NCBI GenBank assembly: GCA_005223125.1 | Contig: NJBH01000055.1 | Coordinates: forward strand, 1 to 16,416 | Reading direction: 5' to 3' | DNA from: Promethearchaeota archaeon Loki_b32 | Lineage (GTDB): Archaea; Asgardarchaeota; Lokiarchaeia; Sigyniarchaeales; SOKP01 | Length of the DNA: 16,416 nucleotides | Shown: positions 6,850-15,290 of the stretch, in pieces | Numbering within the stretch: position 1 is the stretch's first letter | Layout: each line of letters begins with the position of its first letter | Program-made: the position numbers and the translations under genes | Notes under the pieces: generated by a model | Told to the model about the DNA's origin: nothing | The model's database searches: none | The model's input: the letters and a program-made list of their open reading frames with translations, nothing else

Positions 6850-9528
6850 GTGAAAAATATAGATGAGTTAGAAATTAAATCAAGAGTTAAAGAAACATTA
6901 GACTCGAAATTAGGAGAAATTTCAATTTTTAACATTCAAAAATTAAGAGATTTAGATTTAGGAGATCCAAATAAATTACCATATTCTCATAGAATTTTAC
7001 TTGAAAATCTTTTACGAAATTTAGACGGTAAACGCGTTAAAATAGATCATCTTCTTTCGATTTGTCAATGGGATTGTAAAAGTACAATTATGAGTGAAAT
7101 ACCATATATCCCCTCAAGAGTATTACTTCAAGATTTTACGGGAGTACCTTCTGTAGTAGATTTAGCAGCTTTAAGATCAGCTATGAAGAGAGCCGGTAGA
7201 GATCCATCCAAAATCAATCCCAAAATTCCAGTAGATTTAGTTATCGATCATTCTATACAAGTAGATTATTATGGAACTAAAGATGCTATTAAGTTAAACG
7301 AAAAAAAGGAAATGGAACGTAATCGAGAACGTTATACTCTCTTGAAATGGGCACAAGAAATATTTCAAAATTTTAGAGTGGTTCCTACTAGTCGAGGAAT
7401 TTGTCATCAAATAAATTTAGAATACCTAGCTTCAGTTGTTCACATTCAAGATATAAATGGTGAATTAATTGGATTTCCTGATACTTTAGTTGGAACTGAT
7501 TCTCATACCACGATGATAAATGGTTTAGCAGTATTAGGGTGGGGTGTAGGAGGCATTGAAGCTGAAGCAGTTATCTTAGGACAACCTTACTATATGAATA
7601 TTCCCAAAGTTGTAGGTGCAAAACTAATAGGGGAAGTCAAAGAAGGAATAACCGCAACTGATATAGTATTACATATTACACAAATTCTTAGAAAACATGG
7701 AGTTGTTGGTAAATTTGTAGAATTTTATGGTCCTAGTTTAAATAAGTTATGTCTTGCAGATAGAGCAACCATTGCAAACATGTCTCCTGAATATGGCGCT
7801 ACAATGGGATTTTTCCCTATTACTGATGAGACATTAAAGTATTTGAGAGATAGTGGAAGAAAAGAAGACCGTGTGGATTTTGTGGAACAATATGCTAAAA
7901 AAGTCGGACTTTTTTATAATGACAACGCCCCAACACCTGATTATAGTGAAAATATAGAAATAAATCTAAATGAGGTTGAAACTAACTTAGCTGGTCCAAA
8001 ACGACCTCAGGATCGAATTCCACTAAGTAAAATGAAGAATACTTTTACTGATCATATGAAATCTGTATTTAATAAAAATGATGAACTTGAAAAAATATCT
8101 GATGGAAAAAATTTAAGTCATGGTTCAATTGTAATTGCTGCTATTACATCCTGTACTAATACTTCAAATCCATCTGTAATGATTGGAGCTGGACTTTTAG
8201 CGAGGAATGCTGTTAAAAAAGGCCTAAAAGTCAAAAACTATGTTAAAACTAGTTTTGCGCCAGGATCTCGGGTTGTAATAGATTATATAAATGATGCTGG
8301 ATTGATGCCCTATTTAGAAGAATTAGGCTTTAATTTAGTAGGTTATGGTTGTACAACATGTATAGGAAATAGTGGTCCTTTAAATGAAGATTTTGTTCAA
8401 GAGATTGAAACTAAAGATTTAATTGCTGCAGCTGTCTTAAGTGGTAATCGAAATTTTGAAGGGCGAATAAGTCCCTATGTGAAGGCAAATTATTTAGCTT
8501 CTCCACCTTTAGTTGTCGCCTTTGCTTTAGCAGGTACCGTTGCAATTAATATGGAACAAGATCCATTAGGTTTTAGTCCAGATGGGTCTCCTGTTTATTT
8601 AAAAGAAATATGGCCAAGTTCTAAAGAAATTGCTGATTTAAGTGAGAAATATGTGTTACCAAAATTATTTCGTAAGGAATATGGAGAAATCTTCAAAGGT
8701 TGGGACTTGTGGAATGATCTCAAACCTCCAAAGAAGGAAATTTATCATTGGGAAGAAGACTCAACATATATTAGAGAACCACCTTTTTTTAAAGATTTTC
8801 GATTAGAGTTACCCCTTTTAGAAGATATAAGGGGGTCAAGAGTTTTAGCCTTATTAGGAGACTCGGTTACGACTGATCATATATCACCTGCAGGTGCAAT
8901 ACCAGAAGATATGCCTGCTGGGAAATATTTGATCTCAAAAGAAATAGAAGTGAATGATTTTAATTCTTTTGGTTCAAGACGAGGAAACCATGAAGTTATG
9001 ATGCGTGGAACATTTGGAAACATTAGAATAAGAAATAAATTAGTTAATAATGAAGGGGGATGGACTAGAAACTTTCTATCTGATGAAATTGTTCCTTTAT
9101 ATGATGCAGCTCAGGATTATATTTCAAATGAAGTTCTTTTAATTGCTCTGGCCGGTAAAGATTATGGTATGGGAAGTTCTCGAGACTGGGCTGCGAAAGG
9201 TACGCAACTTTTAGGCGTTAAAGCAGTCATTGCTGAATCTTTTGAACGTATTCATAGAAATAATTTAGTAGGCATGGGAGTATTACCATTACAATTCAAA
9301 AAAGGTGATACTCCAGAAACTTTAGGATTAGATGGAACTGAAACTTATAGTATTATGGGAATTAAAGACATAACTCCTTTCTCTGAGCTTAAAATTATTG
9401 CTAAAAGTAAAAATGGTAAAGAAATCATTTTTAATACAATAGCACGTCTAGATAGCAACGTTGATATAGAATATTATCAAAATGGTGGCATCTTGCATAC
9501 AGTTTTACGAAAAATGTTAGAAGAATAA
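6850..9528 (+). CDS. acnA: Aconitate hydratase A (AcnA/IRP1 family)
   Basis: 892 aa with LQDFTGVP, DLVIDHS, GTDSHT, the [4Fe-4S] Cys motifs AAITSCTNTSN and GYGCTTCIGNSG, TTDHISPAG and GSSRDWAAKG. GTG start lies 3 nt after the citrate synthase stop. Confidence 0.96.
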   Translation: MKNIDELEIKSRVKETLDSKLGEISIFNIQKLRDLDLGDPNKLPYSHRILLENLLRNLDGKRVKIDHLLSICQWDCKSTIMSEIPYIPSRVLLQDFTGVPSVVDLAALRSAMKRAGRDPSKINPKIPVDLVIDHSIQVDYYGTKDAIKLNEKKEMERNRERYTLLKWAQEIFQNFRVVPTSRGICHQINLEYLASVVHIQDINGELIGFPDTLVGTDSHTTMINGLAVLGWGVGGIEAEAVILGQPYYMNIPKVVGAKLIGEVKEGITATDIVLHITQILRKHGVVGKFVEFYGPSLNKLCLADRATIANMSPEYGATMGFFPITDETLKYLRDSGRKEDRVDFVEQYAKKVGLFYNDNAPTPDYSENIEINLNEVETNLAGPKRPQDRIPLSKMKNTFTDHMKSVFNKNDELEKISDGKNLSHGSIVIAAITSCTNTSNPSVMIGAGLLARNAVKKGLKVKNYVKTSFAPGSRVVIDYINDAGLMPYLEELGFNLVGYGCTTCIGNSGPLNEDFVQEIETKDLIAAAVLSGNRNFEGRISPYVKANYLASPPLVVAFALAGTVAINMEQDPLGFSPDGSPVYLKEIWPSSKEIADLSEKYVLPKLFRKEYGEIFKGWDLWNDLKPPKKEIYHWEEDSTYIREPPFFKDFRLELPLLEDIRGSRVLALLGDSVTTDHISPAGAIPEDMPAGKYLISKEIEVNDFNSFGSRRGNHEVMMRGTFGNIRIRNKLVNNEGGWTRNFLSDEIVPLYDAAQDYISNEVLLIALAGKDYGMGSSRDWAAKGTQLLGVKAVIAESFERIHRNNLVGMGVLPLQFKKGDTPETLGLDGTETYSIMGIKDITPFSELKIIAKSKNGKEIIFNTIARLDSNVDIEYYQNGGILHTVLRKMLEE

Positions 9529-9541
9529 AAACATAGAATTC

Positions 9542-9558
9542 TCTTATTTTTTATTTTT
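9542..9558 (+). terminator. Possible archaeal oligo-T terminator after acnA
   Basis: TCTTATTTTTTATTTTT shortly after the acnA stop. The AT-rich background lowers specificity. Confidence 0.35.
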
Positions 9559-9617
9559 AGGCTCTTCGATCTTTGCTAAAAATTGAATTTTCAGCTTATT
9601 TTCTCCTTTCTAATCGC

Positions 9618-9630
9618 AAACGTTTAAAAA
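9618..9630 (+). promoter_or_regulatory. Possible BRE/TATA promoter for the gelsolin-like gene pair
   Basis: AAACGTTTAAAAA about 45 nt upstream of ATG 9676, resembling an archaeal purine-rich BRE followed by a TTTAAA box. Confidence 0.35.
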
Positions 9631-9675
9631 CAAATTCTTTAACTATTTTGTTATAAGGTATAAAGATGAAGAAAA

Positions 9676-11298
9676 ATGGTTGAAAGTGTTATTAAAACCT
9701 TCAAGTTAAATTATGACGGAACTTTTGATGAGATAGCTTATGAAAACATTAAAGATGTTTTTACTATTGTTAATATCTTAGCTATCTATATCCAAAAAAT
9801 AAAAACAATGTATATTTGGATAGGACGAAATGCAACTCAAGCTTTAAAAAACCATGTAGCCCGAATTCGGGTAATATTGAAAGAAGAGTTCCCTCAGTTT
9901 AGAATTATTAGAAATATTACTTTTGATATGAGATCTGAGACATATGATTTCTTCAAGAACTTAAATATTACTAAAGAGGAATTATATGAAGTTATCAATT
10001 ATCAAGAAAAAACAGTACTTCCAGTGTTAGAGAAAATTGATGAATTAAAAGAGAAATCCGAAAAATCTATAGAATCTAAACAATATAAGAGCGCAATTGA
10101 ATTATTGAAGGAAATAATTGGATTAGCAGAAAAAATACAAGATGATGCTCTTGTAACAGAACAAAAAAGGTTAATATCAAAGTTAACTGAAAAATTTGAG
10201 AATCATCAGATTGTCTCTGAAATTGAACAGGAAACAGATAGAGTTGAAAAAGAATATATCGAGTTAATTAAAGCTAAAAGGATATTAAATGCTCATGAGT
10301 TTGTCGAAGCCTTCATAAAAAAATATGAAACGGTTTATGATCTATCACTAATACCAAGTGCTAAAGAATTAATATTAAAAGAAAAAAAGAAGTGGAACGC
10401 AGAACAAGAAAAAATAATAAACGATCTTTCAATATTGGAAAAAAATTTTAAATTATCTTTAGAAAACTTGGATATTTCAGAAGCAACTGAGATTTATGAA
10501 AAAGCAATGAATCTATTTTCTAATTTAATTGGAGAAAAAATTAAGAATAAATGGAAAGGATTTAGTAATAACATCCAAGAAGCAAAAAATAAATTGGAAT
10601 TTATAAAAAAATTCGATTCTTTTTCTGGAAAAATAAAAAATTTGAAGGAAACACATCAATACAACGAATTAAAATCAAAAATTGAGAATTTAATAAAACA
10701 AGTTGAACAATTAGATCTTCCGGAGTATCGTGGTAAATTAGATATGTTAAATAAAGAAGTCGATTCTGTTGAAGAGTCATATAATAGGATATTAGAAGAA
10801 ATAAGACATTTAGAAGAACAAATAATTGATAATCAAAAAAATAACCAATTTGAAAAAAATCTAAGAGACTGTAAGAAAATCGTCGAATTAGGTAAATCAA
10901 TAAATAAATCTGAATTAATCAAAAATTATACAACTATTTTGGAGCAAACTAAGGAGCAAATCAAAAACAGAAAAGAGTTTGAAGAAAAACAAATATTCTT
11001 GAAAGAAGAACTCACTAAATTAGAAAAAAGATTCACATCATCTATTAAAACCATGAAGATTAAAAATATCAACGAAATTCTTGAAAAAGGAGAGGAATTC
11101 CTTAATGAGCTAGTAGATGATGAAATTAAGGAGAAATGGGATAACTTTAAGGCCAAATCTCATTCTGCTAAGCAATTATTAGAAAAGGTAGAAATGTTAA
11201 GTAAAAATGGAATGGATGCTCTAAATAAAGGCTCTAGTCCGGATTCTCTAAATTTTTTTGAACAAATAATACATCAATTACAAGAATATAAAAGTTAG
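9676..11298 (+). CDS. Gelsolin-like domain protein with C-terminal alpha-helical repeat/coiled-coil region
   Basis: Residues ~1-98 have the gelsolin pattern (hydrophobic strand, MYIWIGRNAT, long helix, strand, SETYDFF). Residues ~115-540 are K/E-rich, with about seven helical units. Confidence 0.7.
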   Translation: MVESVIKTFKLNYDGTFDEIAYENIKDVFTIVNILAIYIQKIKTMYIWIGRNATQALKNHVARIRVILKEEFPQFRIIRNITFDMRSETYDFFKNLNITKEELYEVINYQEKTVLPVLEKIDELKEKSEKSIESKQYKSAIELLKEIIGLAEKIQDDALVTEQKRLISKLTEKFENHQIVSEIEQETDRVEKEYIELIKAKRILNAHEFVEAFIKKYETVYDLSLIPSAKELILKEKKKWNAEQEKIINDLSILEKNFKLSLENLDISEATEIYEKAMNLFSNLIGEKIKNKWKGFSNNIQEAKNKLEFIKKFDSFSGKIKNLKETHQYNELKSKIENLIKQVEQLDLPEYRGKLDMLNKEVDSVEESYNRILEEIRHLEEQIIDNQKNNQFEKNLRDCKKIVELGKSINKSELIKNYTTILEQTKEQIKNRKEFEEKQIFLKEELTKLEKRFTSSIKTMKIKNINEILEKGEEFLNELVDDEIKEKWDNFKAKSHSAKQLLEKVEMLSKNGMDALNKGSSPDSLNFFEQIIHQLQEYKS

Positions 11299-11316
11299 AT
11301 AATAGGAGTGAAAATA

Positions 11317-12315
11317 ATGACAGAAGAACAATCAGAAGAAACTGGGGTACAAAAAGAGAAAGAAGAAAAAAGAAAAATAAGAGTAGTTGAGCAAATTGAT
11401 GATCGTCTGGCTATTCAAGGTCAAGCATACATGAAAGGCCAATTAAAAGAAGCCGTATCTCTTGCTTATGAAATAATTGAATTAGCTAAACCTGAAGGAA
11501 TGAAATCGTTTATTAAAGAACAAGAGGAATTAATCGCCAGAATTAAGAAGATATTAAAAGAAAAGGAAGAAAGAGAAAGAGTAAGAATTAGAGTTGAACA
11601 AGAAAAATTAAGGCTTGAGAGAATTAAGAAATTAAAGATAGAGTTAAGTCAACTGGAAAGGGAGTTTAATATAGCTCTAAAGAAAGAAGACTTTCTGAAC
11701 ACTGAAGAAGTATTAGAAAATGCCAAGAATCTGCTCACTAAGCTTGATGATGAGAAATTAAAAACAAAATGGGAGGAACTTAAGAATCGAGCTGTAAAAA
11801 CGAAAATTAAAAAAGAATTAATAGTAAAAGCAGAGAAATTAATAGAAGAGAGTATCGATTTAAAAGAAAAATACCTCTTTGATGACCTAAAATTAAAATT
11901 AACAGATTTATTAGAACAGCTAAAAGATAATGAAATTGACGATTATTATAAAGAAATCAAAGCAATACAGTCAGATATTTTAAATGCTGAAAAAACCTAT
12001 TCAAAAACTGTAGAAAAAATTGAGGGATTAGTGAAGAAGGTTGGCAATTTTCAAGATGAGAAGAAATACAAAAATGCAATCTCAAATTGTGAAGAACTTA
12101 TTCAACATGCTGAATCAATAAAAAAAATTGATTTGGTTGAAGTTTATTCAAAACTTTTAATAAATCTCCAAGAAGACCTTAAATTTGAAGAACTTAAAGA
12201 TTCAGTACGGAAACTAAATGAGGAAAGTTTATTTTTATTGAGAAAAGGCGAAATTATTGCTTCCCTTGATAAATTCAAAATTATTCAAAAATCTTTGAAA
12301 CAATATAAAAAATAA
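11317..12315 (+). CDS. Alpha-helical repeat protein, paralog of the C-terminal region of the upstream gene
   Basis: Collinear similarity to the upstream protein (see findings). ATG 11317 is preferred over GTG 11308 because SD-like GGAGTG (11305-11310) lies 6 nt upstream. Confidence 0.75.
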   Translation: MTEEQSEETGVQKEKEEKRKIRVVEQIDDRLAIQGQAYMKGQLKEAVSLAYEIIELAKPEGMKSFIKEQEELIARIKKILKEKEERERVRIRVEQEKLRLERIKKLKIELSQLEREFNIALKKEDFLNTEEVLENAKNLLTKLDDEKLKTKWEELKNRAVKTKIKKELIVKAEKLIEESIDLKEKYLFDDLKLKLTDLLEQLKDNEIDDYYKEIKAIQSDILNAEKTYSKTVEKIEGLVKKVGNFQDEKKYKNAISNCEELIQHAESIKKIDLVEVYSKLLINLQEDLKFEELKDSVRKLNEESLFLLRKGEIIASLDKFKIIQKSLKQYKK

Positions 12316-12333
12316 TCCTAAATTTTCTTGAAA

Positions 12334-13116
12334 TTATACTAACTGTCCATAAATGACTTCTGTTTTATATTCAAATTTAATTAATCCATTTTGTTGATGC
12401 TTTTCATAAAGCTTCTTTAAATCAATCATCATATCATTAAAAGTTGGATGCCCCTCTAAGGGTATGTAGGAAGTAGAAAATAATCGACCCTTTAAATCAT
12501 TATAATCAAAGATTTGATAATTATCAAACTTCTTATACTTATATTTCCTATCTGTTTCACTTTCTCCAAAAAATTTATCAAAATCTAGCTTAATCTTTTC
12601 GATAGCTTTATAATCGGTTCCATACTTCAAGAGAAACTTTTCATATTCTTTTAAAAATTCATTATTCACCTTTTCTCGGCGATTCCAAATTAAAAGAACC
12701 CATCCTTCAGGTTTGAGAATTCTTAAAAACTCAATTCTCGTTTTTTCTAAATCAAACCAATGAAATGCTTGACCTGCCGTAATTATATCAACACTGCTCG
12801 AATTAATTAAACTATTTTCTGCTGAACCTTCAAGACTAACAAAATTTGAATATTTACTCAATTGAGTTTCTCCAGCATTTCTCATATCAATATTTGGTTC
12901 AATTCCATAGACATGATTACCTTCCTTTAAAAAAAGTTCGCTGAGGATACCTGTACCTGATCCGATATCAGCAATTACAGAATCACTTGATAAAATTTGT
13001 TTTTCTTTTAAGAATGAAATGATCTCCTGTGGATAACTAGGTCTATATTTAATGTAATTTTCTACTCTTGTAGAAAAACGTTTTTTTGGATCATGTTTAA
13101 ACTTTTTATCAAACAT
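12334..13116 (-). CDS. Class I SAM-dependent methyltransferase (Tmt1/Crg1-like motifs)
   Basis: ADIGSGTG motif I, GIEPN, DIITAGQAFHWFD, RILKPEG and N-terminal YIKYRPSYP. Confidence 0.88.
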   Translation of the reverse strand: MFDKKFKHDPKKRFSTRVENYIKYRPSYPQEIISFLKEKQILSSDSVIADIGSGTGILSELFLKEGNHVYGIEPNIDMRNAGETQLSKYSNFVSLEGSAENSLINSSSVDIITAGQAFHWFDLEKTRIEFLRILKPEGWVLLIWNRREKVNNEFLKEYEKFLLKYGTDYKAIEKIKLDFDKFFGESETDRKYKYKKFDNYQIFDYNDLKGRLFSTSYIPLEGHPTFNDMMIDLKKLYEKHQQNGLIKFEYKTEVIYGQLV

Positions 13117-13162
13117 TAAATTGATAAATATAAAAAAAGTAAAATAAATTTGTAATATTTCA

Positions 13163-15088
13163 TTAAGCGTGTTTTTGTTTAATAAGAGTTAACTTCCCGC
13201 CAGCCATTAATTCTTTTAAGCCTTGATCACTTAGAGAATGGGTCAGCTCGATATCTATATTTTTTGTTGTGTTTTTTAATGAAACTTTGCCAGTTTTAAT
13301 AGTAGTTAAATCAATCTCAAATTGATCTCCAGCATCAATTTTATTATAATCTTCTTTATTTACAAAGGTAAGAGGTACTATCCCAAAATTTAATAAATTA
13401 GCTAAATGAATACGTGCAAAACTTTTTACTATTACAGCTTTGATTCCGAGATATTTAGGTGCTATTGCGGCATGTTCACGACTTGACCCTTGTCCATAAT
13501 TCTCGCCTCCTACAATAAATCCCCCTCCCTTTTCAAGAGATCTATCATGAAAGGATTCATCAACTACATTGAAGACAAATTTGCTGATCTCAGGAATATT
13601 ACTCCTGAATGGCAATATTTTAGCTCCAGCGGGCAAAATGTGATCTGTTGTTATATCATCCTCAACTTTTAGAAGAGCTTCTCCTTCTAATTTATTAGGT
13701 AAAGGATTAAATTCTGGTAAAGGCTTAATATTTGGACCTCTGACAATTTCTATATTTTTAGCCTCTTCAGGGGGTAATGGTGGCACTATCAAGTTATCAT
13801 TGACATTAAACATTTTAGGCATTTCTAATTTGGGTAATTTACCATACTTTCTTGGATCTGTAATTTTTCCTTCAATAGCAGCTATAGCTGCGGTTTCAGG
13901 ACTCACCAAGTAAGCGTTAGCACTTTTAGTACCTGATCTTCCAAGGAAGTTTCTATTGAAAGTTCTTAAAGAAACAGCATCACTTTTAGGTGCTAACCCT
14001 TGACCTAAACAAGGTCCACAGGCATTTTCTAATATCCTTGCCCCAGCTTTTACTAAATAACCCATTTCACCGGATTCTATCATGTGATCTACTACTTGTC
14101 GAGAACCAGGAGATACAGTTAAAACCGTATTTAGGTTTACAGTTTTCCCTTTTAACATGTTTGCAGCTATTTTGAGATCTCTTAACGATGAATTAGTACA
14201 ACTCCCGATGCAAACTTGATCTACATTTAATCCTTCTAATTCTTTAACAGTTTTAACATTGCCAGGACTATGAGGTTCAGCTATCAATGGTTCTAATTCA
14301 CTTAAATTAATTTCGATCGTTTCATCATATTCAGCATCATCGTCAGGTTCTAATTGAATCCATTGATCTCCTCTTTCTTGAGCTTCTAAAAATTCTTTAG
14401 TAATCTCATCAGAAGGAAAGATTGATGTGGTTGCTCCAGTTTCAGTTCCCATATTTGTTATTGTTCCTCTTTCTGGAACAGTTAATGTTTTTATTCCTGG
14501 GCCAACATATTCTAAAACTTTATTGACTGCTCCCTTCACTCCTATTCTTCTTAAAACCTCTAATATTACATCTTTAGCAGATACAAAATCTGGAAGTTTT
14601 CCTGTAATATACACTTTAACAACTTTTGGCATTTTAAGACGGAATGATTCACCCGCCATTGCAGCTGCAACATCGAGACCTCCTGCTCCAATTGAAATTG
14701 ACCCTACACCTCCTCCAGTAGGAGTATGACTATCACTACCTAATAATGTTCTACCGGGGCGAGCAAACCTTTCAAGATGAACTTGATGACAAATACCATT
14801 TCCGGGTCGAGAGAAATATAAACCATATTTTGCTGCGATACTTTGAAGATAACGATGGTCATCGGGGTTCTTAAAGTCAGTTTGTAATGTGTTATGATCA
14901 ACATAGCTTACTGATAATTCAGTTTGAACTCGTGAAACTCCCATTGCTTCAAATTGCAAATAAGCCATGGTGCCTGTGGCGTCTTGTGTTAACGTCTGGT
15001 CTATTTTAATCGCAATATCAGTACCTTTTTCTATGTTTCCTTCAACTAAATGTTGTTCTATTATTTTTTCAGTTAAAGTTTTTCCCAT
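13163..15088 (-). CDS. Short (~640 aa) single-chain aconitate hydratase, putative 'Aquifex-type' aconitase family
   Basis: QDATGT, YVDHN, GICHQVH, GSDSHT, Cys ligands IGSCTNSS and ACGPCLG, TTDHI and GSSREHAA. ATG 15088 is preferred over TTG 15097. Confidence 0.92.
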   Translation of the reverse strand: MGKTLTEKIIEQHLVEGNIEKGTDIAIKIDQTLTQDATGTMAYLQFEAMGVSRVQTELSVSYVDHNTLQTDFKNPDDHRYLQSIAAKYGLYFSRPGNGICHQVHLERFARPGRTLLGSDSHTPTGGGVGSISIGAGGLDVAAAMAGESFRLKMPKVVKVYITGKLPDFVSAKDVILEVLRRIGVKGAVNKVLEYVGPGIKTLTVPERGTITNMGTETGATTSIFPSDEITKEFLEAQERGDQWIQLEPDDDAEYDETIEINLSELEPLIAEPHSPGNVKTVKELEGLNVDQVCIGSCTNSSLRDLKIAANMLKGKTVNLNTVLTVSPGSRQVVDHMIESGEMGYLVKAGARILENACGPCLGQGLAPKSDAVSLRTFNRNFLGRSGTKSANAYLVSPETAAIAAIEGKITDPRKYGKLPKLEMPKMFNVNDNLIVPPLPPEEAKNIEIVRGPNIKPLPEFNPLPNKLEGEALLKVEDDITTDHILPAGAKILPFRSNIPEISKFVFNVVDESFHDRSLEKGGGFIVGGENYGQGSSREHAAIAPKYLGIKAVIVKSFARIHLANLLNFGIVPLTFVNKEDYNKIDAGDQFEIDLTTIKTGKVSLKNTTKNIDIELTHSLSDQGLKELMAGGKLTLIKQKHA

Positions 15089-15290
15089 TTTTTTCAACTA
15101 TATTTTTAATTATAACATTTCTGGATAAAATAGATACTAAAGTAATTAAAATTGAAATCTTATTAAAATTTACTTTTAGAATCTTCCCATTTTTATCCCT
15201 ATTAACGGCTTTCTAATTAATTAGGTTTAACTATTTAAATTTTGAATGATTTTCCAAATTAAATTTCTTTTCTTTTAAGAGATAATTAAA

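Noticed and set aside
5465-9675. Iron-responsive element (CAGUGN hairpin) near the IRP1-family acnA
   Set aside because: I saw no CAGTG-loop hairpin in the flanking non-coding regions. The CAGTG matches I noticed lie inside coding sequence.
9676-12315. SMC/Rad50 ATPase or a frameshifted single gene
   Set aside because: There are no Walker motifs. The two ORFs have homologous C-termini and gene B has its own SD and ATG, which indicates a duplication rather than a split gene.
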